Part shown: positions 28,172 through 38,454 of the stretch, piece by piece
Position numbering within the stretch: the first letter of the stretch is position 1
Layout: every line of letters begins with the position of its first letter
From: an uncultured bacterium
GTDB lineage: Bacteria > Ratteibacteria > UBA8468 > B48-G9 > DTJG01
Assembly: GCA_964532995.1 (NCBI GenBank)
Contig: CAZHJN010000004.1
Span: 1 to 61,309, forward strand
Direction: 5' to 3'
Length of the DNA stretch: 61,309 bases
Notes under the pieces: model-generated
Told to the model about the DNA's origin: nothing
What the model saw: the letters and a program-made list of their open reading frames with translations, nothing else
The model's database searches: none
Translations under genes and position numbers: made by a program

Positions 28172-29413
28172 TTACCTGAACATGACAGATGGTTCTGGTT
28201 TATATACTATTTTTACAGGTTTCCCATCATTCAGAATTGACATCCTTCCGGCTTCAACAACCAGTTCATTTATGAAGCTGTTTGCCGGTGTTGCGATGAT
28301 GCCTTTTCTGTCAACTTCTTTTATCATCTGTCTTCTTTTTTCAGTATCGTCACCTGCAATATCTTCAATATCCTTGATTGTCCCGATGATCGCTGAAACA
28401 GAATCAGGACCGTACCCGACAGGTTTATATCCATCCTTTTCCCATGGAACCAACCTGAAAAAATCAGGACTTACATAATTGTATGCAGAACCGCCAGGAC
28501 CAATACCCTCAAGATAGCTATATGCAACACCTCTGTACTGATCATCATGCTTGATCATACCTGTTTTGCCATTTCCCTCACAGTACATTAAAAGTCCCTG
28601 ATCATTGCTTCCAGCACCGGCATCAGGGTATCCGAGACCGTTTGTTACTGACAGTATTGCTCCGTTTTCAAACCTGACCCTGGCATCAGACCACATAAAT
28701 CCTTCATTTCCATTCGGGAATTTCCCTTTCACGCCTTCAACTGAGACTTCAACCGGTTTGAGCTCTGTTATAAAGTAAACCAGATCAACATAATGACATC
28801 CAATGTAGACAAATGGATCTGTTCTTTCAACGGTGAACCAGTTCTGGAAGTTTGAAAATCTGTAGTAATAGGGTTCAATAAGTTTCGCATCTCCCATTGC
28901 AAACTCGCCGAACTGGCCGAGTTTATAAGCCTTTTTTGCCATAAGAGACCTGCGGTCAAATCTTTTGTGATATTCCACACCAACAAAAAGGCCTTTTTCC
29001 ATTAAAATGTGTTCTATTTCTGCTGCCTGCTTGTACTTCAAAACAAGAGGCTTAACACAGAGAACATGTTGGTTGTTTTTCAATGCCTCAATTATTACCT
29101 CATAATGTAAGTTATCAGGCATTGCAACAACGACCACCTGCCTCGGTTTCATTTCTGCTATGACCTTTTTATAGAGTTCAGGGTAATTGTTGTTTTCGGA
29201 TTCAGAAAAATCGGGGTACGGCGTGAAAGACTGGCCCGGGAATGCCTGTTTCAATTCAGGATTATCTCTCAAATACTTCAAAGGAGCGCTGTTAAGCGCG
29301 CATATTTTTATCTCTGCTACAGTTCCTGTCCTCTGCAGGTGATAAATTGAGGGCAAAAGTAAATCATTGGTTATCATTCCCCCGCCTACAATCGTCACAT
29401 CTATCTTTGCCAT
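28172..29413 (-). CDS. Gfo/Idh/MocA family oxidoreductase
   Basis: Motifs IVGGGMI, AMPDNLH, HVLCVKPL, EYHKRFD, YIGCHYVD. Confidence 0.88.
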   Translation of the reverse strand: MAKIDVTIVGGGMITNDLLLPSIYHLQRTGTVAEIKICALNSAPLKYLRDNPELKQAFPGQSFTPYPDFSESENNNYPELYKKVIAEMKPRQVVVVAMPDNLHYEVIIEALKNNQHVLCVKPLVLKYKQAAEIEHILMEKGLFVGVEYHKRFDRRSLMAKKAYKLGQFGEFAMGDAKLIEPYYYRFSNFQNWFTVERTDPFVYIGCHYVDLVYFITELKPVEVSVEGVKGKFPNGNEGFMWSDARVRFENGAILSVTNGLGYPDAGAGSNDQGLLMYCEGNGKTGMIKHDDQYRGVAYSYLEGIGPGGSAYNYVSPDFFRLVPWEKDGYKPVGYGPDSVSAIIGTIKDIEDIAGDDTEKRRQMIKEVDRKGIIATPANSFINELVVEAGRMSILNDGKPVKIVYKPEPSVMFR

Positions 29414-29475
29414 GATTTCCTCCTTTTATGGTACTATTTATTATAACATCAGTTAAAATTTACGATGGAGGCCCT

Positions 29476-30693
29476 ATGAAGATCTTAAGATCATTTGCGG
29501 TTTTGCTTGCTATCTTTACTGTTTTTTCGTTCTCACAGCAGGTCGAAGAAAAAGCTAAAAGTGTTGCTGGAATTATTGGTGACTGGAGAAAATATTCCCA
29601 CCCCGATGTTATTCTTTCCCGGATTTTAAAAGGTTATAGACTTGATGGCAAAGGTGAATATCCTGAATTGAAACTTGTTTCAGTTTACAGAGATACCCCT
29701 TCAGAAAAAGACCTCTGTGATCAACTTTCCAGAGAATACCAGTTCAGTATCTGTGAAACAGTTGAAGAAGCTCTGACACTTGGTACAGAATCTCTTGCTG
29801 TTGATGGGGTTTTTATTATAACTGAACATGGAAGATATCCTGTGTCAGAGACAGGACAGATTTTAAGACCGAACAGAAAACTTTTTGAAAAGGTTGTGGA
29901 TGTTTTCAAGAAAAGCAACAGGGTTGTTCCTGTTTTTATTGATAAACATATTGCTACATACTGGGAAGACATTAGATGGATCTATGAGACCGCAGAGAAA
30001 ATGAAGATTCCCTTAATGGCTGGTTCTTCAGTGCCAGTTTCATGGAGATACCCACCTGTGGATGTTGACAAACACTCAAAACTGAAAGAAATTGTCGGCA
30101 TATCATTCCTCACCCTTGATGGATCCGGATTTCACGGGCTTGAAATGATTCAGTGCCTTGCTGAACAGAGAAAAGGTGGAGAAACAGGTATCAAATCTGT
30201 TCAATGCATAACAGGTGAAGATGTATGGAAGGAAGGTAAAATTTTTGACAAAAATCTCCTGGATATGGCTGCTGAAAGGCTTGGAAGAAAAATTCCAGAA
30301 GGAAAAACCATAAAGGATATCGTTGTTGAACCCGTATTGTTTGTTATTGATTACTATGATGGGTTGCGCGCCTGTCTTTTTACTCTTAATGGTTTTGCCA
30401 ACCAGTGGACTGCGGCATGGAAATATGCTGATGGAAAAATCCAGTCCACACTGTTTAAACTTGACAACAATCTTTCAACTCTGATGCATTCTGCACATCA
30501 GATGAAAGGTGTAGAGAAAATGATACTTACCGGAAAACCGTCATGGCCGGTGGAAAGAACAGTGCTGACAAGCGGTGCTCTGGATGCTTTATTGAAATCA
30601 AAATCACAGGGTGGAAAAGTCATAATTACACCCTATCTGAAAATCGGATATAAATCATTCTGGCGATGGCAGCAACCGCCTGGTTCTCCATGA
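29476..30693 (+). CDS. Secreted conserved hypothetical protein (possible Gfo-like fold)
   Basis: GGAGG RBS before ATG 29476; signal peptide; motifs YSHPDVI, AVDGVFIITEHGRYP, PVFIDKH, LMAGSS, FHGLE, PVERT. Confidence 0.7.
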   Translation: MKILRSFAVLLAIFTVFSFSQQVEEKAKSVAGIIGDWRKYSHPDVILSRILKGYRLDGKGEYPELKLVSVYRDTPSEKDLCDQLSREYQFSICETVEEALTLGTESLAVDGVFIITEHGRYPVSETGQILRPNRKLFEKVVDVFKKSNRVVPVFIDKHIATYWEDIRWIYETAEKMKIPLMAGSSVPVSWRYPPVDVDKHSKLKEIVGISFLTLDGSGFHGLEMIQCLAEQRKGGETGIKSVQCITGEDVWKEGKIFDKNLLDMAAERLGRKIPEGKTIKDIVVEPVLFVIDYYDGLRACLFTLNGFANQWTAAWKYADGKIQSTLFKLDNNLSTLMHSAHQMKGVEKMILTGKPSWPVERTVLTSGALDALLKSKSQGGKVIITPYLKIGYKSFWRWQQPPGSP

Positions 30694-30698
30694 TAAAA

Positions 30699-31208
30699 CT
30701 ATCTCAACAATCCCGGTTGTGATTCTACGGGTGGAAAGGGTGGTTGAACCGGAAAAGGAGATCCTGTTGGTGTCAGAGGTTCAATCATATCATACAGCAT
30801 CAGCACCAGTTTAACCTGCTGTTTCGGGTTGAGGGATTTTCTTATATCATCCCTGATTTTTCTTATATTTTCATTTAACTGCTGATATAATTTATCAAGA
30901 TGAATGATTTTTTCATCAATGTTTCTTATTGACTCCTGACCTTCTATCATGTGCCTTATTTCCACATCAAATTTTTCCCTTGTTTCTCTGTGTTTTTTAA
31001 TCAATTGTGAGATTTCTCTGAATTTTGAAATAAATTCCGGCATCTGGTCATCTGTTATTTCAATTTCGTTAATCATCCTGACAAGTAAATCATTTTCAAT
31101 GTTTCTCTGGAATTGCTGATGCTGCACCTTTGGAGGAATTCTGATTTCCTGACAGTATGCAAAACACAGAAATCCAAAAATTCCAAAAATTAGAATTTTC
31201 CTTTTCAT
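30699..31208 (-). CDS. Secreted helical protein (Spy/CpxP-like)
   Basis: Signal peptide, coiled-coil-rich body, LNPKQQ (LTxxQ-like) motif and a Pro-rich tail. Confidence 0.6.
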   Translation of the reverse strand: MKRKILIFGIFGFLCFAYCQEIRIPPKVQHQQFQRNIENDLLVRMINEIEITDDQMPEFISKFREISQLIKKHRETREKFDVEIRHMIEGQESIRNIDEKIIHLDKLYQQLNENIRKIRDDIRKSLNPKQQVKLVLMLYDMIEPLTPTGSPFPVQPPFPPVESQPGLLR

Positions 31209-31284
31209 TTTTTATTCCTTTCAGAAAATATCAAAAAGTTCTAGATCTGTTAGTTTTTCACATCACCCTTTTCACCCTTTATTC

Positions 31285-31749
31285 TCACATTTTTAAAAAA
31301 CTTAATACAATCGGTTTCACTATTGTTATAAAATCATCATAGGAGATTCTTATAAGTTCTGTATGGGTGCCTGCATTAAAGACAATTTCCCTGCATGCTG
31401 ACAGGGAATCCTCAACAAATGTTTCCATTCCATAGAGATTGCCAAATGGTGGCATTGCACCAATCTCACATTCCGGAAAAGCATCCTTGAACTCCTGTTC
31501 AGTGGCTATTGTAAGAGATTTTGCGCCTGTTGCTTTCCTCAGTACATCAATATCCACATGATAGTCAGCAGGTAATACAGCCATTGCAAGTTTTCCATCT
31601 TTATTGATTATAACAGTCTTAGCAAGTTCCCTTCCATGAACATGTGCTGAAGCAGCGATTTCCTGAGCGGTGTATGCCGGAGAATGTTTAATTGTAATGT
31701 ATTTGATTTTTTTTGCATCAAGAAATTCTTTGAGTCTTCTGGAAGGCAT
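31285..31749 (-). CDS. YbaK/EbsC family aminoacyl-tRNA deacylase-like protein
   Basis: Motifs HSPAYTAQEIA, LAKTVI, CEIGAMPPFG, FNAGTH. AGGAGGTG RBS. Confidence 0.92.
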   Translation of the reverse strand: MPSRRLKEFLDAKKIKYITIKHSPAYTAQEIAASAHVHGRELAKTVIINKDGKLAMAVLPADYHVDIDVLRKATGAKSLTIATEQEFKDAFPECEIGAMPPFGNLYGMETFVEDSLSACREIVFNAGTHTELIRISYDDFITIVKPIVLSFLKM

Positions 31750-31803
31750 CAGCATCACCTCCTTTTTGTTTTATTTCTTTATACACTCAAAAATGTCATG
31801 ATG

Positions 31804-31995
31804 TCAATCTTTTTTCTCTGACCACTCAGCATCAACTATTTTTCTGTCATCCGGATGAATTGTCTGCCATCTTACAATGGAAATTTTTTTCTTTCTTAAA
31901 GGTATCAGAGATAAGATAAGTACAATCAAAATCAGAACAAAAATCAGTCCGGCAAGCAAAAGTGGAAGAACCAGAATCCAGAAAAGAATTTTCAT
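31804..31995 (-). CDS. Small membrane protein
   Basis: 63 aa with a long hydrophobic N-terminus and a C-terminal IVDAEW motif; packed co-directionally with its neighbours. Confidence 0.6.
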   Translation of the reverse strand: MKILFWILVLPLLLAGLIFVLILIVLILSLIPLRKKKISIVRWQTIHPDDRKIVDAEWSEKKD

Positions 31996-31998
31996 TTA

Positions 31999-33882
31999 TT
32001 ATTCAATATCAATAAGATATCCGACCCCATACTGCGTATTTCTTGGATTGATGCCTTTTTGCCATGGACCTGAAGAAAATCTGTCAGCCCCTTTACCGAG
32101 GTCAATAAGAAAACTGAAATTTCCGCCGATAAGATTTAAAGGATGATATTCAAGTGGACCAGGGATTCCCTGAACACGTGAAGGATTATTGCCTGTATAT
32201 GTGTCAGAACCATCACAATCAATGAGCATTGCCCAGGATCCCTGACAGGCAAAACCCTGACCGCTGATTGTTGCGGTGTAGCTATCATCACCTGAAAAAT
32301 CAATAAGAGCCGCAGTTCCTATGTCCCATCCAAATCCCTGTATTCCAAGTGTACCAATGTATGTATCATTGCCAGTATCATCGTAGAGTAAACCTATTCC
32401 ATAGTGGCACGCGTAAGCAAAACCATATCTGCTGAAATCTCCTGTCAGAGGCTTTCTGATATCGTTTCCGCCAAAATCTCTTGCAAGTCCTGCGGCAAAC
32501 CAGTAACCGCCTGTGGAAAAATAATCAGCCTGGTAGATATCGTTTCCCCCACCATCAAGAATTATTCCGAAACCGCCATTTGAAATTCCCCTGAAACCAG
32601 AACCACAGCCCTGAGACCAGGCATGTTTATATCTGCCAGGAGGTTCCTGATATGGTTCATCATATTTTCCTCCTGCAGTATAACAATCATTACCATCCCG
32701 GTCATAAAGAATTCCAATTCCCAGCATGCCTCCATATCCCTGACCGAAAAGGTTTACTGAATAACTGTCATTTCCATTTCTATCAAGAAGAATTCCTATT
32801 CCGCATACTGCACTTCCCTGTGCTCTTCTGTCTCCGATATATGAATCATTTCCTTCATCGTCCACAAGTATTCCGATTCCCATCAATCCGGTTCCCTGAC
32901 ATACATCTGTACCCTTGTAATAGTCATCACCACTTCTATCATAAAGAATACTTACTCCAAAAAAACCGGCTCCCTGTGCAAAACCTTCATCAGACAGATA
33001 TTTATCATTTCCCTCAAAGTCTATGATTAATAATACTTGTTTATCGGGTCCTGTATTTCCGGCAATATAGGTGTCGTTTCCTGCAGGGTCTATTATGCAC
33101 GCAATCCCTTTTAACTTATTCATATCATAGGTATCGTTCTTTTTTGTTCCAACAAGAATTTTGCCGTATCTGCCGCTTTTCAACTTTTTCAGATTCTCAA
33201 AATCAGGGTAACTGAAAATATCGCACAGGCAAATGCCGGCATTTATTAATTCTTCCATTTTTATTTTTGAAGCCATTGAAGCCATCGCAAGACCAGCCTG
33301 TTTTTCGGCAAGAGAGTGCGCTATAATATCACCCATTTCTCTCACGACCAGCCTTTCTGTAAGTTCCATGAATTCAGCAAGTTTTTTTGATGAGAAATCG
33401 CTGAAAGAAGCCTGCACAAATTTTTGAGAAATTGCGATTCTTTCATTAATTCTGCTAAGAATATCTTTTTTCATTTCCACACTTTGATTATTTTGCAACG
33501 ATAGATCAAGCAATTCAGAGCATTTTTTCAACACATCAGAAATGTGTTTAATTTCAGCCCCGCATAAATCATAAAATGTTTGTGTAATTATTTCACCTTC
33601 GACAATGCAATCAACAGGATTCCGAAGCCATCTATCAATGGTTCCAAGTCTGAAATATCCATTTTTATCATTCCACCATTTATCCTGGCTGGTTCTATCG
33701 AGAATGTCAGAAACATAATTTACATATTTCTGATACAGATCCCATTTATTGTGTTCATTAATAAGTTTTTTGATCATGCTGGCTGAATTTACTATTATTT
33801 CATTTTTTGTTTTAATCTGAGCGTAACATTCTGGATTGCAGAGGAAAAACAGGGCTATGACTGCAACATACAATCTTTTCAT
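31999..33882 (-). CDS. Secreted protein with about 12 Gly-rich hhDxxGNDxY repeats
   Basis: Signal peptide; repeats such as IIDPAGNDTY, IIDFEGNDKY, LYDRSGDDYY, LVDDEGNDSY, LLDRNGNDSY, LYDRDGNDCY. Confidence 0.8.
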   Translation of the reverse strand: MKRLYVAVIALFFLCNPECYAQIKTKNEIIVNSASMIKKLINEHNKWDLYQKYVNYVSDILDRTSQDKWWNDKNGYFRLGTIDRWLRNPVDCIVEGEIITQTFYDLCGAEIKHISDVLKKCSELLDLSLQNNQSVEMKKDILSRINERIAISQKFVQASFSDFSSKKLAEFMELTERLVVREMGDIIAHSLAEKQAGLAMASMASKIKMEELINAGICLCDIFSYPDFENLKKLKSGRYGKILVGTKKNDTYDMNKLKGIACIIDPAGNDTYIAGNTGPDKQVLLIIDFEGNDKYLSDEGFAQGAGFFGVSILYDRSGDDYYKGTDVCQGTGLMGIGILVDDEGNDSYIGDRRAQGSAVCGIGILLDRNGNDSYSVNLFGQGYGGMLGIGILYDRDGNDCYTAGGKYDEPYQEPPGRYKHAWSQGCGSGFRGISNGGFGIILDGGGNDIYQADYFSTGGYWFAAGLARDFGGNDIRKPLTGDFSRYGFAYACHYGIGLLYDDTGNDTYIGTLGIQGFGWDIGTAALIDFSGDDSYTATISGQGFACQGSWAMLIDCDGSDTYTGNNPSRVQGIPGPLEYHPLNLIGGNFSFLIDLGKGADRFSSGPWQKGINPRNTQYGVGYLIDIE

Positions 33883-35192
33883 ATTCTCCTTACTTCGGGG
33901 ATTAAAGAAAATATTTCATTTTTTATATCTTCAAGCATTTTTTCGCTCTCTGCTTCAAACCTTATGGTGATAACCGGTTCTGTCACTGATTTTCTTATGA
34001 GTGCCCACCCATGTTGAAACTGAATTCTCACACCATCAAGGGTATTTATTCTATCAGATGGGTAATGTTTGATCAGAGCTTTTAGTATTTCTTCGGGTTT
34101 CTTAACAGGAATTCTGATATCAGGGGTAATTGGAAATCTTCTGATGGATTTTATCTGTTCAGAAAGCGGTCCTTTTTTCTGTATAATCTCTGCCATTTTT
34201 AATGTGGCAAAAAGTCCATCATCACCGCCAATTTCCCTGAAAAAATAATGACCTGAAACTTCTCCTGCGAAAGGCGCATCTGTCTCAAGAAATCTTCTTT
34301 TTATAAAAGCATGCCCTGACTTTTCCATAATAGGGATTCCAGAAAACCGCTTTATTTCTTCTTCTATTGCCTGTGAACATTTTATGTCAAAAACAACATA
34401 TTCATTTTTCGTGTTTTCAAGGATATCTCTGATGTACAGAATTATGGCAGTGTCGGCTGGAACCACCTGACCTTCTTCATCCACAAATATTGCTCTATCT
34501 CCGTCTCCATCAAAAGCAACTCCGAAATCAGCATCTGACTCAATAACCCTTTTTTGAAGCTCTTTTATGTTTTCATAAATTGCGGGGTTTGGAGACCGGT
34601 TGGGAAAAGTACCATCAGGTTCGCAAAAAATTTTCACGACGCTGTATCCAAGTTCGCTCAAAATTTCAGGCGCAATCTTCCACCAGCAGCCGTTTCCAGC
34701 ATCAACCGCCACTTTAATATTGCCGTGCTTGAAAAATTTTCTGATGTATTTTCTGTAGTATGGGGTGATATCTGTTGATAGAATTTTTCCTTTACCTGTT
34801 TCAAAATGTTCAGATTCAACAAGATTTTTTATTTCCTGTATTTCCTCTGGAGTAACCGGGTTTTTTCCCAAAACAATCTTCATCCCATTGTCCTGAGGCG
34901 GATTGTGAGAACCTGTAATCTGAATCCCGCAGTTTTCTGACAGATATTTCAATGCAAAATAAAAAACTGGTGTTGGCACAGTTCCGATATCAATAACATT
35001 GCATCCGGAAAGTAAAAGCCCTTTTATCAATCCTGTTTTCAATTCTGATGTGCTGGGTCTTAAATCTCCACCCACCACAGTATTTTTATTCTTACATAAT
35101 GTGCCTGTGGCTCTTCCTATTTTGAACGCAATATCATCTGTCAGTTCTTCACCATATTTTCCTCTTATATCACACGCTTTGAAGATTGACAT
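33879..35192 (-). CDS. Phosphomannomutase/phosphoglucomutase
   Basis: Motifs IFKACDIRG, ITGSHNP (phospho-Ser), FDGDGDR, GEVSGH, RKSVTEP. Confidence 0.95.
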   Translation of the reverse strand: MSIFKACDIRGKYGEELTDDIAFKIGRATGTLCKNKNTVVGGDLRPSTSELKTGLIKGLLLSGCNVIDIGTVPTPVFYFALKYLSENCGIQITGSHNPPQDNGMKIVLGKNPVTPEEIQEIKNLVESEHFETGKGKILSTDITPYYRKYIRKFFKHGNIKVAVDAGNGCWWKIAPEILSELGYSVVKIFCEPDGTFPNRSPNPAIYENIKELQKRVIESDADFGVAFDGDGDRAIFVDEEGQVVPADTAIILYIRDILENTKNEYVVFDIKCSQAIEEEIKRFSGIPIMEKSGHAFIKRRFLETDAPFAGEVSGHYFFREIGGDDGLFATLKMAEIIQKKGPLSEQIKSIRRFPITPDIRIPVKKPEEILKALIKHYPSDRINTLDGVRIQFQHGWALIRKSVTEPVITIRFEAESEKMLEDIKNEIFSLIPEVRRI

Positions 35193-35207
35193 ATTACCTC
35201 TTTCAGT

Positions 35208-36647
35208 TCAAATATAACCTCTATTTTTTAATTCCCTGAGAAAATCCTGGTATGATTCTTCATAATCAGCAATCCAGTGTTTTTCAGGTTCACAGTACTG
35301 TACGATTTTTACCATTTTCTCACATGCTTCAGAAAGGTTTCTGAAATGGGTTCTGGATGCTGCCAGAATTGCTGCACCTGAGGCTGCCTGTGTATTCTTT
35401 GTTAACGCAAGAGTCCTGCCGAGTATGGATGCTCTTATTCTATTCCATATGCTGCTTTTTGTTCCGCCACCTGCAATTCTTATCACATCTTTTATTTCTG
35501 CACCAAGAGATTCAAGGGTTTGATATGCGAGTTTTTCAATATATCCAACACCTTCAAGATAAGCGGTATAAAGTGTTTCTTCATCACAACCTTCTGGTTC
35601 AAAACCGGTGGCTTCAGAATTTACAAAGGGAAATCTTTCTCCCTGTCCAACAAGTGGCCAGCAGAGTTTTTTGCTCGGTGCTATTTCTTTTGCTTTCATA
35701 TTGAGATTGTCCCATTTTTCTCTTTCAAATCTTTTTATAATACACTGACCACCGGTATTGCTTGCGCCTCCTGGCAGCCACCATCCGTCAGGATGTTTGT
35801 GGTTGTAAACTCTTCCGAGGGAATCTTTCAGAATTTTTTTTGTTACCCCCTTGATGACAAGGGTTGTTCCCAGTGTTGAGTTCCACTGTCCGGGAAATAC
35901 AGCGCCTGTGGAAACCTGAGAAGCGCATCCATCAGTCATTCCTGAAACCACGGGTGTTCCGGCAGGAAGACCTGTTTCTTCTGAACATGCTGTGGAGACC
36001 ACCCCTATAACAGAACCCGGAGATACAACCTCTGGCAAAAGCCCGCATGGTATTTCCAAACTTTTCTCTATCTCTTCAGGCCATTTTCCATCAACAAGGT
36101 TATACCCTGTTTTGAGGGCATTTGTATAATCAGTAATACAGAAATTGCCTGATAGTTTACCGATAATGAAATCAGTTGCATGCACAATTTTAACTGTTTT
36201 TTCAAATATCTCCGGCATATTTTCTTTTACCCATAGAATCTTTGCAAGGCCATAGGAAGAATTGAATTTATATCCCATTTTTTCAGTCACATTTTTCAGT
36301 ACCTCGTTCAATATGATAGCCTGTTTCTGACTCCTGCTGTCATTGTACATGATTGCATCCATCAAAGGGTTGTATTTTTCATCAAGAAAACAGACCGTTC
36401 CTGATGTGGAAGAAACCGAGATTGCAGCAACTTTCGCATTTGCTGAGTTTGAAAAAGATTTCCTCAAACAGAGAACAACAGAATTCCACCATTGACAGGG
36501 GTTCTGCTGGTGCCACGATTCATTTTTCTGCACCGGAAAACTTTCAAAAAATGTTTCAGCGCCCGCCACAACTTCGCCATCTGTATTCATCAAAACAACC
36601 CTTACTCCCTGCGTACCCACATCAATTCCAGCAAAAACCTCATCCAT
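35208..36647 (-). CDS. FGGY family carbohydrate kinase
   Basis: Motifs GIDVGTQGVR, IMYNDSR, GMTDG, STLGTT, GERFPF, AGGGTKS. Confidence 0.93.
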   Translation of the reverse strand: MDEVFAGIDVGTQGVRVVLMNTDGEVVAGAETFFESFPVQKNESWHQQNPCQWWNSVVLCLRKSFSNSANAKVAAISVSSTSGTVCFLDEKYNPLMDAIMYNDSRSQKQAIILNEVLKNVTEKMGYKFNSSYGLAKILWVKENMPEIFEKTVKIVHATDFIIGKLSGNFCITDYTNALKTGYNLVDGKWPEEIEKSLEIPCGLLPEVVSPGSVIGVVSTACSEETGLPAGTPVVSGMTDGCASQVSTGAVFPGQWNSTLGTTLVIKGVTKKILKDSLGRVYNHKHPDGWWLPGGASNTGGQCIIKRFEREKWDNLNMKAKEIAPSKKLCWPLVGQGERFPFVNSEATGFEPEGCDEETLYTAYLEGVGYIEKLAYQTLESLGAEIKDVIRIAGGGTKSSIWNRIRASILGRTLALTKNTQAASGAAILAASRTHFRNLSEACEKMVKIVQYCEPEKHWIADYEESYQDFLRELKNRGYI

Positions 36648-36766
36648 TTTTCACCTTTCATGAGATTCTTTTTTTTGATTATAACACAATGTTATTACCA
36701 TTGATACAGACTTATATAATATTGTGGTAAAATAATTTTCTGAGCGGATTAATTCTGGAGGTTAAA

Positions 36767-37678
36767 ATGAGTAGGGCAAGACGAATTAAGCAATCAGTGA
36801 AAAAAAGGATTGCCGGAAGTAAGTCCGCATTTAAGAAAATCAGAAATGTTGGCATCGCTGTAAGGATCCACAGGACCAAATTTTTCCATATTTCAAGACT
36901 GAAACTGGGAAAATTCAGACCCAAAATTGGTTTGCAGATTGAAAAGGGTAATTTTATAATTAAAACTGTAGAGAATGCCAGGGAACTTGAGAATGTTTTG
37001 AGGTTGAGATTCGATGTATTCTATCAGGAATTGCTTGAAAAAAAGGCAGTTATCCCGTCTGACATTGATCAATTTGATTTTATCTGCGATCATCTTGTGA
37101 TATTTGACAGAGATAGAAATAAATATGTTGGTACTTACCGGCTCAATCTTTCCACATTTTCAAGAAAATTCTATTCTTCTCAGGAATTTGATATTGATAA
37201 CATTCTCAGGTTGAAGGATGTTAAACTTGAACTTGGAAGAGCCTGTGTTGACAGAGAATACAGAACAGGGGTTATAATAGCCCTGCTCTGGCGAGGACTT
37301 GCAGAATATATAAGACTCAGCAATACAAGATATCTGTTTGGATGTTCAAGCGTGAAGACAGTAGATACCAATGAGGTGGCCCTGCTTTATCTTTATCTGA
37401 TGAAACATCACAGAGCACCTGAGGAATTTATTGTTGTGCCCCGCAAAAACTTCAGGATACCTTCTTTTTCTGAATATCTGTCAGGTTTGAAATGTTCTTC
37501 AGAAGAGATGGATCAGGCAAAAACTCTGGTACCACCTCTTCTCTCTTTTTATCTCAAAGCAGGTGCTTTCGTATGCGGTGAACCAGCACTTGATAAAGCA
37601 TTTAATTGCGTTGATTTCTTCACAGTTCTTGATATGAAAAACATCGCAAAATCAATAGAAAAAAAGTACAATGTCTGA
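36767..37678 (+). CDS. olsB: OlsB-like N-acyl-amino-acid (ornithine lipid) synthase, GNAT
   Basis: LRLRFDVFYQE, DIDQFDFICDHL, VGTYRL, FYSSQEF, ELGRACV, YLFGCSS, VPPLL..YL..GA.VCGEPALD..F...DF. Confidence 0.82.
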   Translation: MSRARRIKQSVKKRIAGSKSAFKKIRNVGIAVRIHRTKFFHISRLKLGKFRPKIGLQIEKGNFIIKTVENARELENVLRLRFDVFYQELLEKKAVIPSDIDQFDFICDHLVIFDRDRNKYVGTYRLNLSTFSRKFYSSQEFDIDNILRLKDVKLELGRACVDREYRTGVIIALLWRGLAEYIRLSNTRYLFGCSSVKTVDTNEVALLYLYLMKHHRAPEEFIVVPRKNFRIPSFSEYLSGLKCSSEEMDQAKTLVPPLLSFYLKAGAFVCGEPALDKAFNCVDFFTVLDMKNIAKSIEKKYNV

Positions 37679-38454
37679 TGAAAATCTTCAAATTTTATAT
37701 CAAATGTTTTTTAATGACCGGTCTTATCTTTCTGTATATTCTTGTTGCTTTTGTGATCATGATTTTTTCCAGATCTGAAAGCCAGAGGAAAAATCTCTGC
37801 AGAAATTGTTCTTATTTCACCAAAATTGCCCTCAGGTTTCTCGGCATAAAAGTAAGAAAAAATATGGATTTCCTTAATGAAGAGGAAACCTATCTTATTG
37901 TAAGCAATCATCTTTCCTATATGGATGTGCTTGTGATATCTTCTTTTTTCACAACCTCTTTTGTAACCTCAACAGAAATTGAGAAGGATATTTTCCTTGG
38001 TATGATGGCGAAACTGGGAGGTAGCATTTTTGTTGAGAGGAGAAAGAAAACAAGACTCTTAAAGGATCTGGGTTCTGTGTCAGAGGTTTTATCAGGCGGA
38101 TTGAATGTTATGTTTTTCCCTGAGGGTACCAGCACAGATGGAGAAGATGTGATTTCTTTCAAAAAGACCCTTTTTCGCTCTGCGATAATGTGCGGTGTAA
38201 AGATTCTTCCGCTATGTATCTGTTATGTTGCAATTGATAAAAAACCCATAACCAGGGAAAATCGCGACCTCGTCTTCTGGTATGGGGATATGAAGTTTTT
38301 CCCCCACTTTATAAAATTCCTCAAACTGGAAAGTGTGGAGGTAAATCTTGAGGTACTGCCCACCATATTGCCGTTATCAATGACTCCGGATACTATCTCA
38401 AAGCTTGCGCGCAGTTCAATCCAGAAAGCGTATAAAAAAGTATCTCATCTGTGA
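37678..38454 (+). CDS. olsA: PlsC-family acyltransferase (OlsA-like lyso-ornithine lipid acyltransferase)
   Basis: Motifs SNHLSYMD, IFVERR, FFPEGTST, WYGDM. TGATG coupling to the olsB-like gene. Confidence 0.78.
   Translation: MKIFKFYIKCFLMTGLIFLYILVAFVIMIFSRSESQRKNLCRNCSYFTKIALRFLGIKVRKNMDFLNEEETYLIVSNHLSYMDVLVISSFFTTSFVTSTEIEKDIFLGMMAKLGGSIFVERRKKTRLLKDLGSVSEVLSGGLNVMFFPEGTSTDGEDVISFKKTLFRSAIMCGVKILPLCICYVAIDKKPITRENRDLVFWYGDMKFFPHFIKFLKLESVEVNLEVLPTILPLSMTPDTISKLARSSIQKAYKKVSHL

Noticed and set aside
31264-31281. Direct repeat TCACCCTTT x2 downstream of the ybaK-like gene
   Set aside because: Only two 9-nt copies; could be chance and has no supporting context.
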